Part shown: positions 37,440-47,694 of the stretch, in pieces
Position numbering within the stretch: position 1 is the first letter of the stretch
Layout of the letters: each line of letters opens with the position of its first letter
Virus record (IMG/VR): IMGVR_UViG_3300008119_000566
Span: 1-61,562 of that record
Reading direction: 5' to 3' (one strand)
Origin: a virus
Taxonomy: Duplodnaviria; Caudoviricetes
Length of the DNA: 61,562 nucleotides
Translations under genes and position numbers: made by a program
Notes under the pieces: model-generated
What the model was told of the DNA's origin: nothing
Database searches by the model: none
What the model saw: only the letters and a program-made list of their open reading frames with translations

Positions 37440-38413
37440 TTGTTTTTGGCCTTGCCAGCTTTCATATTGGCCATCCAATGTGCCAGTTCACCTTTGCGGC
37501 CACCCTGTTTAGCAACCTTGCGTAGTGTACTTACACTTGCTTTAGTAGGAACACCGTGTCGCTTGCTGTCGCCCTTATCTTGTGGATTACGACCATCAGC
37601 AAAGTTTTCTTTTATTTTATTGCCTTGTACAGCAGTAGTTTTTTCAGGATCATCTGCCAATCCTATCTTGGCATTGGGCATAAACTTGTTTATGGATTTG
37701 CGTGTGAGCGGACCCAATACGCCATCAAGATCCAAGTTAGCGTTGTACTTGGCATTTAACATTTTTTGTATGCGTAGAATTGCTTCTTTCTTATTGGAGT
37801 CTTCAGCTATGCTTTCGCCACCTCCGCCATCTCCACCACCACCGCCATCTCCACTATAACCAGCATCATACCCGTACCAACCATACGGTCCTGGACCATA
37901 TGCTGCGCCTCTGGGTTTACGTTTACGTTTTCGTGCTTCATCAACATTATAAGTTGGATCAACTTTTTGTCTAGGCATACCTTTAGGTTGTTTTTTGATC
38001 TGACTTTCTGCTAGTATGGCTGCACGTTGAAACAGTTCTGGATTCATCTTGCCCCACAAGCGCATGACCACTGCGGCTTTGGCATTGGCTTCATTCTCAT
38101 GCTCGCTGCCATCTTTACCACTTTCATCATTTAGTCTGCCATCCACATCTTGCTTGTGGTGTACTAACTCATGTGCTAGTGTGCGTAGCACATCCATGAT
38201 GTGTCTGTTGCCAATAGTAATCTCAATGCCGCCACCAGGCATGTAACCTCCAAAGCTTCTACGTTGGCTTGCCAGTTTAGGATTGCGTACTAGTTTGATT
38301 TGCGGAGGACGTTCCAAGCCAATGCGATCACAGGCAAAGTCTACAAATGCTTTGATGATTGGAAGACTTCCATCTTCTCTTCCTGGTTCTTCAGTTAATT
38401 CGTTAAATCTCAT
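37436..38413 (-). CDS. Mosaic protein: zincin-like HExxH domain plus PG-binding-like domain
   Basis: RTLAHELVHHKQ...E.EANA; IQKMLN....DGVLGPLTRKSI. Confidence 0.6.
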   Translation of the reverse strand: MRFNELTEEPGREDGSLPIIKAFVDFACDRIGLERPPQIKLVRNPKLASQRRSFGGYMPGGGIEITIGNRHIMDVLRTLAHELVHHKQDVDGRLNDESGKDGSEHENEANAKAAVVMRLWGKMNPELFQRAAILAESQIKKQPKGMPRQKVDPTYNVDEARKRKRKPRGAAYGPGPYGWYGYDAGYSGDGGGGGDGGGGESIAEDSNKKEAILRIQKMLNAKYNANLDLDGVLGPLTRKSINKFMPNAKIGLADDPEKTTAVQGNKIKENFADGRNPQDKGDSKRHGVPTKASVSTLRKVAKQGGRKGELAHWMANMKAGKAKNK

Positions 38414-39072
38414 TTTGGTACACAGTTAGGGACTTGCTTGCCATTCTTTTCTTTCATGCCCAATTGCTTATACTTCTTCCAACATGGGCCTTTTCCCTTA
38501 GCTTCATCAACTTTAATTAAAGGAGGCATGGTAAGAAACTGTGTCTCTAAGTCAAAGTCTTGTTTTACAAAATTGTATGCTTGTTGATAAGTTGGGATTT
38601 TTGTATGAGGTTCTGGGATGTCGTCCTGTCTTGGCGTGCCAGTTAATGTAATATCTGGACGATGATATGTAATTGTAAACGTGCCGTCTGAATCTTGTGT
38701 TATACTAGCAAAGTTTTCGTTTGGCGATTTGAATTGTTCTTCACCTTGCTCACCAATGTTGCGATCAATGCCTCTACTTTGAACTCCACCCTTTTTACGT
38801 TTGGCTGCAAGTTCTTCAATACCATGACGTACTTGTTCCAAGTTCTGTGCTAGGCCCATGAACATGCCACCTTTGTGTAACTGTGTAATCTTTTCCCAAA
38901 CAACTAACTCATCACTTTCAGCTAACTCAGCCAATTCTTTTAACTGTGCGCGAGCACTCATGATGCGTCCTTTCAAGCTCATTGGATTAGCTTTCTCATG
39001 TCCGTACACAGTGGGATCGTTTGGATCACCACTTGGTTCAATTGGCATTTCTAATAGTTGATGTATTTTCAT
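38410..39072 (-). CDS. Mosaic hypothetical protein, probable internal virion protein
   Basis: MKIHQLLE; C-terminal CWKKYKQLGMK.K.GKQVPNCVP module. Confidence 0.6.
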   Translation of the reverse strand: MKIHQLLEMPIEPSGDPNDPTVYGHEKANPMSLKGRIMSARAQLKELAELAESDELVVWEKITQLHKGGMFMGLAQNLEQVRHGIEELAAKRKKGGVQSRGIDRNIGEQGEEQFKSPNENFASITQDSDGTFTITYHRPDITLTGTPRQDDIPEPHTKIPTYQQAYNFVKQDFDLETQFLTMPPLIKVDEAKGKGPCWKKYKQLGMKEKNGKQVPNCVPK

Positions 39073-39091
39073 ATCGTACTTACCTTAATTT

Positions 39092-41047
39092 TTAGAATCC
39101 GTTGGTGGCTGAGTTGTAGAACACCTTGCCGGTCACGGTGGTGGTTTTCACAATGGTGGGCGTTGAGTAATTGAATTCTAATAAATCACCTCCACCCTGT
39201 TCTCCAAACTGGATCCTTACAGGATAATACTGGCCAGCAGTGAGCGCAATGCTGCCATTGACTTCTTGAGGGGCGTGTCCGCCACCGTTGTTGATCAGTG
39301 CATTGCCTGTAGTGAATCCTGTCACAGCAGTAGCGCCAATCCACATGTAACTGGCATCATCGCTGTTGAGGAAGAATGTATGGGTCTCAGTGGTGGTGGG
39401 TTTGAAGTAGCCCAACCATTGCACACTGAAACTTTCACCATCATCTGAACCTGGTTCTTGAATCACTGTGGTTTGCACAGATGTGGCTGGGTTTGCACCA
39501 AATGTGGCGGATGTGGCTGTGGCAAAAAAATTCACGTCATCAGCAAAGTAGCCTGTGTAAGTGGTTTTGTACAATCCAGCGGTATCTCCCGAGGCCGTCA
39601 ATGAAGTGTCGTTCACTGTGATGCTGCCACTGGTCACTATCACTGTGCCACTGATGCTGCCAGTTCTCACACTCACTGTGAATGTCTGAGCGCCTTCTGT
39701 GGTGGTATCAGCGATTGTGGTGACAGTGAATGAGCCAGTGCCGTTGTCCTGTGCTCCACCGCCTGTGAGAGAGAATGATCCATTCACTGCAACAAAGTCA
39801 GCATTGGCAGTGGTGACGTGGTTGATGGTCCAGTAATAAGTGCCGTTGGGTCCAAGGTTGGTCACTGCAAATGACAATGAGGAGCCTTCATTCACTGAGT
39901 TGGCAGCAGGAGTGATCGTGGGTGTCAATGACACATCAGTGATCTCCACATTGGAGAACGTGGCCACCACTGTGCCCGATGAACTGCCCCTGCGTAAAAT
40001 GATGTTGAATGTTTCTGTGCCCTCTGTGCTGAGATCTTTGGTAGGAGTCACTGTGAAACTGCCACTGTCATTGTTCACTACAAACGTGCCCAATGCTGTG
40101 CCAAAATCTCCAGCATTACTCACTGACCAATACACTGTGGTGCCATCCAGTATTTCCAGTAGGGCGATATTCACTGTGAGAGTTCCGCCTTCATTCACAA
40201 TGGTGGCAGTGGGGTTAATATCATAAGAAGTCCACGGTCTTGCTCTCAGCAGGCCTTCAGCGTTGGCATTGTCAACAACAGTATAGCCGCTGTATTGAGT
40301 GGGCAATCGATCTGGGTCGTACACGTTGCGAGCACGATAATAAGGTGCTGTGGGATCTATACTACCACTAATAGTTCCGTCAAGTGCCACAGTTTTACCC
40401 TGACGTTTGGCTTCGGCAATGTCTAGTTTGGCCGTCTGTCTTGCCTCTTTGTCTGCTTCACCATCCGCAGCCGGTTTTATGGTCCATTGTGTTGTGGTTG
40501 TTTTAGCAACTCTTTGCCAGACAGCTCCATCATAGATGCGCCAGTCTTGTTCGCCATACGCAGGAAAGGCGCCGCTGGTTCCAGCAACTGTTGTATCGTA
40601 AGCATCTCCCAAGGTACCAACACCATCAGTCAGTGTGGGAGTGTTAGTAAAAGCGTTCCATGTGCCTTTGTATGTTGCGGCAGTTATTATAGTATTAGAC
40701 AATGAACCACAAACAGCCGCGGCTTTGGCCATGTAATTGTCTATTGTGGTATTGCCCTTTATAATGTTAATACTGGTTCCATATTCATCATACAAGAAGT
40801 TGCCTGCTGTCACTGCAAAATCACCTGTTGAATGACTGGTCAATGTGAAAGCAGAGCCTAAGCCCAACGATGTTACATACAGTTTGTATGAGACACTGTC
40901 TGTTGCTCCCAAAGCACCCGCATAATTCAAACTCCAAATAGCCGAGAAAGGAGCCACAATCTCAGTATTAGAATGTGGTGGATTGATATTTTTTGTGAGA
41001 GTAGTCCCACTTGCTATTGTCAGTGTTGATATTCCGTTAGCTGCCAT
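39092..41047 (-). CDS. Virion fibre/adhesin-like protein with Calx-beta-like repeats and PA14/GLEYA domain
   Basis: Two VNEG...D..TEG..TF repeats; FSVQWLGYF...SDDASY.WIG...[10 protein letters not shown]. Confidence 0.7.
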   Translation of the reverse strand: MAANGISTLTIASGTTLTKNINPPHSNTEIVAPFSAIWSLNYAGALGATDSVSYKLYVTSLGLGSAFTLTSHSTGDFAVTAGNFLYDEYGTSINIIKGNTTIDNYMAKAAAVCGSLSNTIITAATYKGTWNAFTNTPTLTDGVGTLGDAYDTTVAGTSGAFPAYGEQDWRIYDGAVWQRVAKTTTTQWTIKPAADGEADKEARQTAKLDIAEAKRQGKTVALDGTISGSIDPTAPYYRARNVYDPDRLPTQYSGYTVVDNANAEGLLRARPWTSYDINPTATIVNEGGTLTVNIALLEILDGTTVYWSVSNAGDFGTALGTFVVNNDSGSFTVTPTKDLSTEGTETFNIILRRGSSSGTVVATFSNVEITDVSLTPTITPAANSVNEGSSLSFAVTNLGPNGTYYWTINHVTTANADFVAVNGSFSLTGGGAQDNGTGSFTVTTIADTTTEGAQTFTVSVRTGSISGTVIVTSGSITVNDTSLTASGDTAGLYKTTYTGYFADDVNFFATATSATFGANPATSVQTTVIQEPGSDDGESFSVQWLGYFKPTTTETHTFFLNSDDASYMWIGATAVTGFTTGNALINNGGGHAPQEVNGSIALTAGQYYPVRIQFGEQGGGDLLEFNYSTPTIVKTTTVTGKVFYNSATNGF

Positions 41048-41090
41048 TATTTTTATCCTGTATCCTATATTTAGTGTTAAATACTCCACT

Positions 41091-42290
41091 ATGACAATTA
41101 ACACTGAACCATTCAAAAAACTAATAGATAACTTGAAAGACTCGGGCAAATACCGTGTGTTCAACGATATTCTACGTGAAAACGGCAAGTTTCCCAACGC
41201 TATTTGGTACGGACCTTATAACATCAAGACCATCACCAACTGGTGCAGTAATGACTATTTGGGTATGGGTCAACACAAAGTTGTGTTAGATGCCATGCAC
41301 ACAGCATTAGACATGACTGGCGCCGGTTCTGGCGGTACTAGAAACATTGCGGGTACTAGCCACTATCACGTGGCCCTTGAACACGAGCTTGCAAGTCTAC
41401 ATAAGAAAGAACGAGCATTGCTGTTCTCTAGTGCCTATGTGGCCAACGAGTGGACACTAATTGCGCTGGCCAAGATTATTCCCAACATACACTACATCAG
41501 CGACAGCAAGAATCACAACAGTATGATTGTGGGCATTAGTCATAGTAAGGCTGCTAAAAGCATATTCAAACACAATGACATGGACATGCTGGAAGAAATG
41601 TTGGAAGCAAGTGTGGCAGCTGGTCACACTCCATGCATTGTATTTGAAAGTGTTTACAGTATGGATGGCGATGTAAGTTTGATTAAGGACATTTGCGATC
41701 TTGCAGACAAATATGCGGCCATCACATACATTGATGAAGTACACGCTGTGGGATTGTATGGCGCACAGGGTGCTGGCAAGTTAGAGGAGTTAGGTCTTCA
41801 AGACCGCGTTGACATAGTTAACGGAACCTTGGGAAAAGCGTTCGGAGTTCAAGGCGGGTACATTGCTGCCAACAGCATTGTAATAGATGCAGTCCGCAGC
41901 ATCGCAGCTGGTTTTATTTTTACAACGTCAATGAGTCCAGTTACTTGTGCTGGTGCATTGGCAGCTGTCAAGTATTTGAAAGCACATCCAGAACTACGTG
42001 AACAACATCAAGACCGTGCAAGTAAACTAAAGCAATGTCTACAAAAAGCAGGACTGCCAGTAATGGCCAGTACCACACACATTGTACCTGTACTAGTAGG
42101 AGATGCTAAACGTGCCAAGGCTATGAGTGATGCATTAATGAGTGACTACAACATCTATGTACAGGCTATTAACTTTCCCACTGTGGATGTAGGAACGGAG
42201 CGGTTGCGTTTTGCGCCCACTCCGTTACATGATGATGGTATGATTGAGGATTTAGTTCAAGCGTTACAAAAAATCTTTAGCACATACTAG
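41091..42290 (+). CDS. hemA: 5-aminolevulinate synthase (Shemin pathway)
   Basis: [53 protein letters not shown]. Confidence 0.93.
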   Translation: MTINTEPFKKLIDNLKDSGKYRVFNDILRENGKFPNAIWYGPYNIKTITNWCSNDYLGMGQHKVVLDAMHTALDMTGAGSGGTRNIAGTSHYHVALEHELASLHKKERALLFSSAYVANEWTLIALAKIIPNIHYISDSKNHNSMIVGISHSKAAKSIFKHNDMDMLEEMLEASVAAGHTPCIVFESVYSMDGDVSLIKDICDLADKYAAITYIDEVHAVGLYGAQGAGKLEELGLQDRVDIVNGTLGKAFGVQGGYIAANSIVIDAVRSIAAGFIFTTSMSPVTCAGALAAVKYLKAHPELREQHQDRASKLKQCLQKAGLPVMASTTHIVPVLVGDAKRAKAMSDALMSDYNIYVQAINFPTVDVGTERLRFAPTPLHDDGMIEDLVQALQKIFSTY

Positions 42291-42516
42291 CAATTTGTGT
42301 AATGCCAAATACTAATGCTGCTCTTAATTGTAGGTCAGCGCCTTCTGCTTCCAACTTCTCTGTATCAATCAAGTCAGCTAATATCTCCTTAGCTTCACTT
42401 GGACTCATTTGTCCTGACTGTAATGCTTCTTGAACTTGCAAGGCCATCTGGGCACGATCAGTTGCCCATGGTTGACCAGCATTGATTACTTCGTGTAGTA
42501 TGTTGCCTTGTCCCAT
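42277..42516 (-). CDS. Hypothetical protein
   Basis: ORF coupled to the lipoprotein gene. Confidence 0.6.
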   Translation of the reverse strand: MGQGNILHEVINAGQPWATDRAQMALQVQEALQSGQMSPSEAKEILADLIDTEKLEAEGADLQLRAALVFGITQIASMC

Positions 42517-42899
42517 TAGAATCTCCCCTGTACTGCACCAGCAATTATTTCACTTTGCTGAATAATTATTTTCTTTTTGAGTTCACAATACAAAGGACTC
42601 ACAGGTCCTTTACTGGCACGATCTTTAAACTCGCTCACAGTATCAACCATTGTCTTTGTTAGTTTTGCCACGTCACGTGTGGGCTTGGTCTTGGCATAGA
42701 TATCAAACCATTCAATGTCTCTATCTAATGCTGTTAGTTGTGCTAGTTGATCACCTTTGCAATCAAAACGCTTGGCGCCTTGTTGTATGTCAGTAACTAC
42801 CTTTGCTTGATTGACATCCCAACGACTGGGGAACTTTTCAATTAGCCCCGCACAACCCGTTAGTGTTACAACTAGAAGTAATGCGACTAATTGTTTCAT
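42516..42899 (-). CDS. Lipoprotein
   Basis: MKQLVALLLVVTLTGC lipobox. Confidence 0.7.
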   Translation of the reverse strand: MKQLVALLLVVTLTGCAGLIEKFPSRWDVNQAKVVTDIQQGAKRFDCKGDQLAQLTALDRDIEWFDIYAKTKPTRDVAKLTKTMVDTVSEFKDRASKGPVSPLYCELKKKIIIQQSEIIAGAVQGRF

Positions 42900-42901
42900 T
42901 T

Positions 42902-43339
42902 TTATTCCTTGGAGCTTGCTCTTAACATCCAACCGTGTTTGCGATGTGCATCAATACGGCCAGCAATAAAGTCACTGAATCCAAATTCTTGATTTGCTTC
43001 GCTTTGTTGAAAAACCAATTTTAGTATCTTGATAATTTTTTCATTGTCTTCTAACAATGTTTGAACCATTATAGACTTGGGTAGTATAGCAGTTTCATCT
43101 TCAATTTGTGTTAGCATACTGAAACGAGTATAGCTGGCCGGCACATATGTACCTAGCGCACGAATCTGTTCTGCAAATGTATCTATGCTCCCATACACTT
43201 CTTCGTAAATAACGCCAAATAGGTCGTGATATTGTTTGAAGTCTGGACCTTCCACGTTCCAGTGAAAGTTGTGTGCCTTTAAGTAAAAACTATATTGTGT
43301 GGCAAATGCCACTTTGGCCGCTTGTTGTAATTCATCCAT
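42902..43339 (-). CDS. dps: Dps ferritin-like protein
   Basis: YLKAHNFHWNVEGPDF..YH.LF...Y..ID.FAEQIRALG; H.K..WML. Confidence 0.92.
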   Translation of the reverse strand: MDELQQAAKVAFATQYSFYLKAHNFHWNVEGPDFKQYHDLFGVIYEEVYGSIDTFAEQIRALGTYVPASYTRFSMLTQIEDETAILPKSIMVQTLLEDNEKIIKILKLVFQQSEANQEFGFSDFIAGRIDAHRKHGWMLRASSKE

Positions 43340-43375
43340 GGTTGTTAGTCTCTTATAGTATATTTATACAACAAG

Positions 43376-43822
43376 TTACTGGCACCAGCTTTGTTTTGCA
43401 TCACCATAGTACTCACGTGCGAATCCATTAGCAATCAATGCTGCACGTAGACTTTGTCCATTTACTAGAATATCGCCTAGAACACGACCACCAAACTTGT
43501 CCCATCCATACATAGTTACTTGAAACTTGCCACCAGTTGCCGCTGCCTGTGCGATTGCATTTTTAGTGAAAGCTGAAGCCGCCTCCCCTCTTTGCTTTTC
43601 GCTATCGCATTGCGCACGAAATCCTTTTTCAGGAGTATCTACACCGTAGACTCTAACAGCCAATTCTGGTTTAAGAGGTGCTGGGAGAAAGGGAGCAGAA
43701 ATTACCACTGTATCGCCATCGGTTATTCTCAAGATTTGTGCGTCATATGTGACGCCATGGGGTGTTTTTTGTGCAAATGCCAGTACTGGAACTAACAATA
43801 GTAGTGTTAATAATTTCTTCAT
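43376..43822 (-). CDS. Secreted thermonuclease (SNase-like)
   Basis: Signal peptide; DGDT, VRVYGVDTPE, DKFGGRVLG. Confidence 0.88.
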   Translation of the reverse strand: MKKLLTLLLLVPVLAFAQKTPHGVTYDAQILRITDGDTVVISAPFLPAPLKPELAVRVYGVDTPEKGFRAQCDSEKQRGEAASAFTKNAIAQAAATGGKFQVTMYGWDKFGGRVLGDILVNGQSLRAALIANGFAREYYGDAKQSWCQ

Positions 43823-43849
43823 GTATACTCCGTTTAATAAGAGTATTTA

Positions 43850-44269
43850 TTAAATGTAGTTATTAAACCAACCCACTTTTTTGCCGTTAGAAATGCGACT
43901 ATCGTGTTCTTCAACACTGCTGGGATAACGCCATGCCCATACTGCAACCAATGCCATGAAGATGGCTGTGCTGATAACACCGATTAGTTTAACACCTGTG
44001 AAGAACATAATGCATATGCTCAATGACATCATGCCCAGCATAAAGTACTTCATCTTTAATGGGAACACACGTTTGGTATTCCAGTTGGTTAGGAAGGGTC
44101 CAAACAGTTTGTGATTATAGATCCAACGATGCATACGTTCACTGCCCTTGCTAAAGCAATAGGCAGCAAATACCACAAAAGGACTGTAGGGGATGCCAGG
44201 TGTGACAACCCCCACATAGGCCATGCCTAGACTAAGAAACCCTAGTGTGGTCCAGAACAGTTTCTTCAT
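43850..44269 (-). CDS. YbaN/DUF454 membrane protein
   Basis: G.V.PG.P.SPF...AAYCFSKGS.R.H.W...H..FGP. Confidence 0.85.
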   Translation of the reverse strand: MKKLFWTTLGFLSLGMAYVGVVTPGIPYSPFVVFAAYCFSKGSERMHRWIYNHKLFGPFLTNWNTKRVFPLKMKYFMLGMMSLSICIMFFTGVKLIGVISTAIFMALVAVWAWRYPSSVEEHDSRISNGKKVGWFNNYI

Positions 44270-44778
44270 ACTTGCAAGTAATCCAGCCAGCTGTCGTGTC
44301 TAACATGGAACGGCATCATCTTACGCTTATTGATCAGTTCGTAGTAGTCAGGCTTGTAGGGTTTGACCTTTGGAACAATCTTCTTGTTCGCACCCTTGTT
44401 AGCATTACATGGACCGCAAGCAGTTGTGGTGTTTTCAAAGGTTGTCTTGCCGCCCAAGCTGGTTGGTAGCACATGGTCTAGTGTGCAATCCTTCTTTGTC
44501 AAGTGGGTATTGCAGTATTGGCATGTGTAACGGTCACGTAGGAATACATTACTCTTTGAGTAACGAATCGCTGTCTTTGGTTTCATGTATTCACGCAACA
44601 TGATAATAGCTGGTACTTGTGTTTCCCAACGGGCTGATCTAACGACCCAATCATCGTGCCATGTGATTACTGCGGCCTTGTCCAAGACCAGATATCGAAT
44701 AGCTTCCTGCCAATCTACTGTGCTCAATGGCAAGTAGTTTACCGGCATACCATCAGCATTAAGTACTAAGGTATCCAT
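44266..44778 (-). CDS. HNH endonuclease
   Basis: LVLNAD, RDRYTCQYC, TLDHVLP...GG...N...AC..CN. Confidence 0.88.
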   Translation of the reverse strand: MDTLVLNADGMPVNYLPLSTVDWQEAIRYLVLDKAAVITWHDDWVVRSARWETQVPAIIMLREYMKPKTAIRYSKSNVFLRDRYTCQYCNTHLTKKDCTLDHVLPTSLGGKTTFENTTTACGPCNANKGANKKIVPKVKPYKPDYYELINKRKMMPFHVRHDSWLDYLQV

Positions 44779-44846
44779 TTTTTAACCTCTTTTGATTGTG
44801 TTACAGACCCAACCTATGAAGTGTATATTGTACACTTAAAAACTAT

Positions 44847-45398
44847 TTAAGTCAATATTGATTGAACGAATTCGTTTCCGGAACGCTCTACGGCCGAATT
44901 CCATTGATCTTTGAGATCGTTGTCAAATACACTTTCATGATCGGCTGAAGCAGTTAGCCAACTGAAACTGTGATCTCGTTGTGATGTGCCTTTGAGTTCT
45001 TCTGCTAATTGTCTTGGTGCCCAACCGCATAATCCCAAAAACAATCTAAACTGTCTAGGTGCATCGCCATCGCCTAAACGCACTAACAAATCTTCTGCGC
45101 TGCTAATTGAAAAGTCTTCGTTGATCTGCATGGTGTTGGTACATGACCATTCACTGCTGTGTAGCATACTAAGAGCTTTGATGTTAACTGGACCACCTAA
45201 ATAAATGTAGCCAGGTATATTAAGACGAGCGATTCCCACTTGTTCACTAAACTCAGACACAGTCATTTCACTGCGCTTGTTCAGTATAAGTCCCATGCTA
45301 CCATTAGCATGATGTTCAGTTACGAAGATCACACTCTTATACCAAAAGTTACTTTTTAGTTTAGGTGGTGCAATTAGTAGTGTTCCAGATAGATCCAT
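44847..45398 (-). CDS. YqgE/AlgH (DUF179) protein
   Basis: LLIAPP, H...GSMGLILN, GGPV, GLCGWAPRQL.EE. Confidence 0.85.
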   Translation of the reverse strand: MDLSGTLLIAPPKLKSNFWYKSVIFVTEHHANGSMGLILNKRSEMTVSEFSEQVGIARLNIPGYIYLGGPVNIKALSMLHSSEWSCTNTMQINEDFSISSAEDLLVRLGDGDAPRQFRLFLGLCGWAPRQLAEELKGTSQRDHSFSWLTASADHESVFDNDLKDQWNSAVERSGNEFVQSILT

Positions 45399-46735
45399 TA
45401 TGCCACATTCATTGATTGTTTAAAAGCGGCATAACGCATCTTGCGATCATCTAATCCGTTATATCCGCCGTTTATTACTTTAGTTATAGCATTAACATCA
45501 TCCCAGTTACTGACTCTGGGTTGCACATTGGCTTTCCAAAAATACACAGCAGTCTTTGCGGCCATAGCCGGTTGTTCAACTAGGTCTGGATCTTTTTCTA
45601 ATGGCATTCCCAACGCAGCACCCGCCGCACGATAATTACTGCGACCAGTTAGCTGAATGTAACCTCGACCCCTATATCGATACCCGTCACCTTTTTGTAC
45701 GTTGCCCAAATCTCTACGACCTTCCTATCCTCGTTGTGCAGTGCTTGGCCCCCATATTTCACTTAGGTATCTAAAGCCGCCACTCTCGTGACTGCATTGT
45801 GCAAGGAACGCTGCCAGCTCTTTGCCTTTAATGCCTTGTCCCATTGCTTCTTTGGCCAGTAAGTCTCTTGATTCTTTATCGCCCAATGCACTTACTGCAA
45901 TCTTACCTTTAAACTCTTCTGGTTTAGCTTTTTCTAATTTGCTTGCTTTTGGGTTATCGGCAACTGCCTTGTTCACTGCTTCAACTGTTTCAGGTGTTGC
46001 AGTTCCTGTTGCTTGTAATTTGTTATCTGCTTGGAACTTTGAAATGGCAGCACTTGTGTACTTGCCAAGTATACCATCGTCCTTTGTTCTTCCAACATCA
46101 TAGCCCAACGCCATCAATGCACGTTGCAAATTAACAACTTCAACACCCCTACTGCCCATCTTAGGACCAGTTGGTACTTGAATATATCCGCCATAACGGC
46201 CACCACCGCCAGCGGCAATTCCAGCAGGTGCCGGTTGTACTGTATTTGCTCCAGCTTTTACCTTTGCGGCAGCAGTGCCATACCAACCCATAGGAGCATG
46301 GATACCATCGCCACCAGACACACTTAGTTTGCCCATGTCAATTACTTCAACACCACTTGGTATATTTGATTGTATTAGTTTTCTTAGTTGGTTTCTATCT
46401 TTTGCAAATTTGGGGTTATCTGTTTCGGCAAATAGAACATAGAACACTTTGCATTTCTTTTGTAGAAGTTCACTAAGCATACTGTTGACTCTACTCACTA
46501 CCTGTTGCTTGTCAGGTTTCATCATGTCGTTGGCGCCAGCACTCAATACCACTGTGCTTCCTGGACTGACCTTGTCAATGGCATCGTCATTGGCACCATT
46601 CATTGCACTTCTGCCGTTGGTTGCTAAAGTGATAAATTTACCTGAACCAGCAATGGCCACTGCATGACTATCGCCAATGGCATATATTTTTGTAGCCGTT
46701 TCTGGCGGTGTTTCTTTAAACTCAAAAAATCTCAT
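45398..46735 (-). CDS. Modular lysin (SGNH-like + PG-binding + GH19), interrupted by in-frame TAG at 45725-45727
   Basis: IGDSHA/GAND/DGIH; LQRAL..LGY..DG..G; AAFLAQCSHESGG then in frame EGRRDLGN...YRGRGYIQLTGR.NY...INGG.NGL. Confidence 0.8.
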
Positions 46736-46744
46736 ATGTTATCC

Positions 46745-47389
46745 TTATGCTAGCGGGTTAAGTTGTTTTCCACTACTTGCGTATTTTTCCCAGTGCAAAT
46801 GATTGCCTGTACTAAATCCTGTACTGCCCACACGGCCTATGATGTCGCCCTTCTTGACCACATCGCCCAGTGTTGCTTCTATTTTAGACATGTGCATAAA
46901 TCTATGACGATGTCCATCTGATGTAACCATCTCAACATAGTTACCAGCTGAAGGGTTGTTTGGTTGTACTAGCGTGATCTTGCCATTGTCTGGAGCAACG
47001 ATTGGTGTGCCTTCTGGAGCTGCAATATCCACTCCTGGGTGTGGGACTTTATTACCATTAGGACCAGTTACTACTCGTCCGTACTCACCAGACAAACGAC
47101 CTTTGGTTGGCAGTATGTCGCTGCCAGTTGCCGGCTCTGGAGTGTCTCCTGAATCAGCATCAAACTTTTTCAATGCCATTGAGTCTGGCTTCTTAACGTC
47201 TTTGGGATCAATACCTTTTTCTGCTGCGTCTTTGGCTGCTTGTGTATAAGGTCCCATGATACCATCAATACCATCATTATTAGGACCGTATGTGCCCAAA
47301 TCGTAACCTTTGGCTTTTAATTCTTTTTGCAGTTTAACTACTTCTGGATCGCTTTGCGCTTCAACTACACGAAACTCTCTGAATCTCAT
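46745..47389 (-). CDS. M23 peptidase with PG-binding domain
   Basis: LQKEL..KGY...DG.MGP.T; H.GVDIAA, HMS, STGNHLHWE. Confidence 0.88.
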   Translation of the reverse strand: MRFREFRVVEAQSDPEVVKLQKELKAKGYDLGTYGPNNDGIDGIMGPYTQAAKDAAEKGIDPKDVKKPDSMALKKFDADSGDTPEPATGSDILPTKGRLSGEYGRVVTGPNGNKVPHPGVDIAAPEGTPIVAPDNGKITLVQPNNPSAGNYVEMVTSDGHRHRFMHMSKIEATLGDVVKKGDIIGRVGSTGFSTGNHLHWEKYASSGKQLNPLA

Positions 47390-47694
47390 TATTGATTCCC
47401 CTTCCACACTGGCAGTGGCCCACCGTAGTTGCCACCCTTAACTTTTTTACCTTTGATCTTTTGACGTTTACGATTGATAGTAAATTTCTTTTCAGTTGCC
47501 CTAGCTCTAAATCCTTGGCTGATACAACTGCTTAACTGGCTAGCGCCTAGTTCACTGTTAGGTTTAGTGCTCTTACACAGTTTGCGACTGGCCTTGCCCG
47601 ATTCAGCCAAACTACCGCCGCAAACTTCACAAAATTGTTCTGTGCCTTCAGCTACATCTTGATTGACTTGTGAGGTAAATTCTTTTGCTCTCAT
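47389..47694 (-). CDS. Basic hypothetical protein
   Basis: MRAKEF start; CEVC. Confidence 0.6.
   Translation of the reverse strand: MRAKEFTSQVNQDVAEGTEQFCEVCGGSLAESGKASRKLCKSTKPNSELGASQLSSCISQGFRARATEKKFTINRKRQKIKGKKVKGGNYGGPLPVWKGNQ

Noticed and set aside
42277-42899. Spanin pair
   Set aside because: Lipoprotein present, but its partner lacks the N-terminal TM and coiled coil of an i-spanin
44266-44778. HNH as intron-encoded homing endonuclease
   Set aside because: Free-standing with its own promoter; flanking genes are not interrupted
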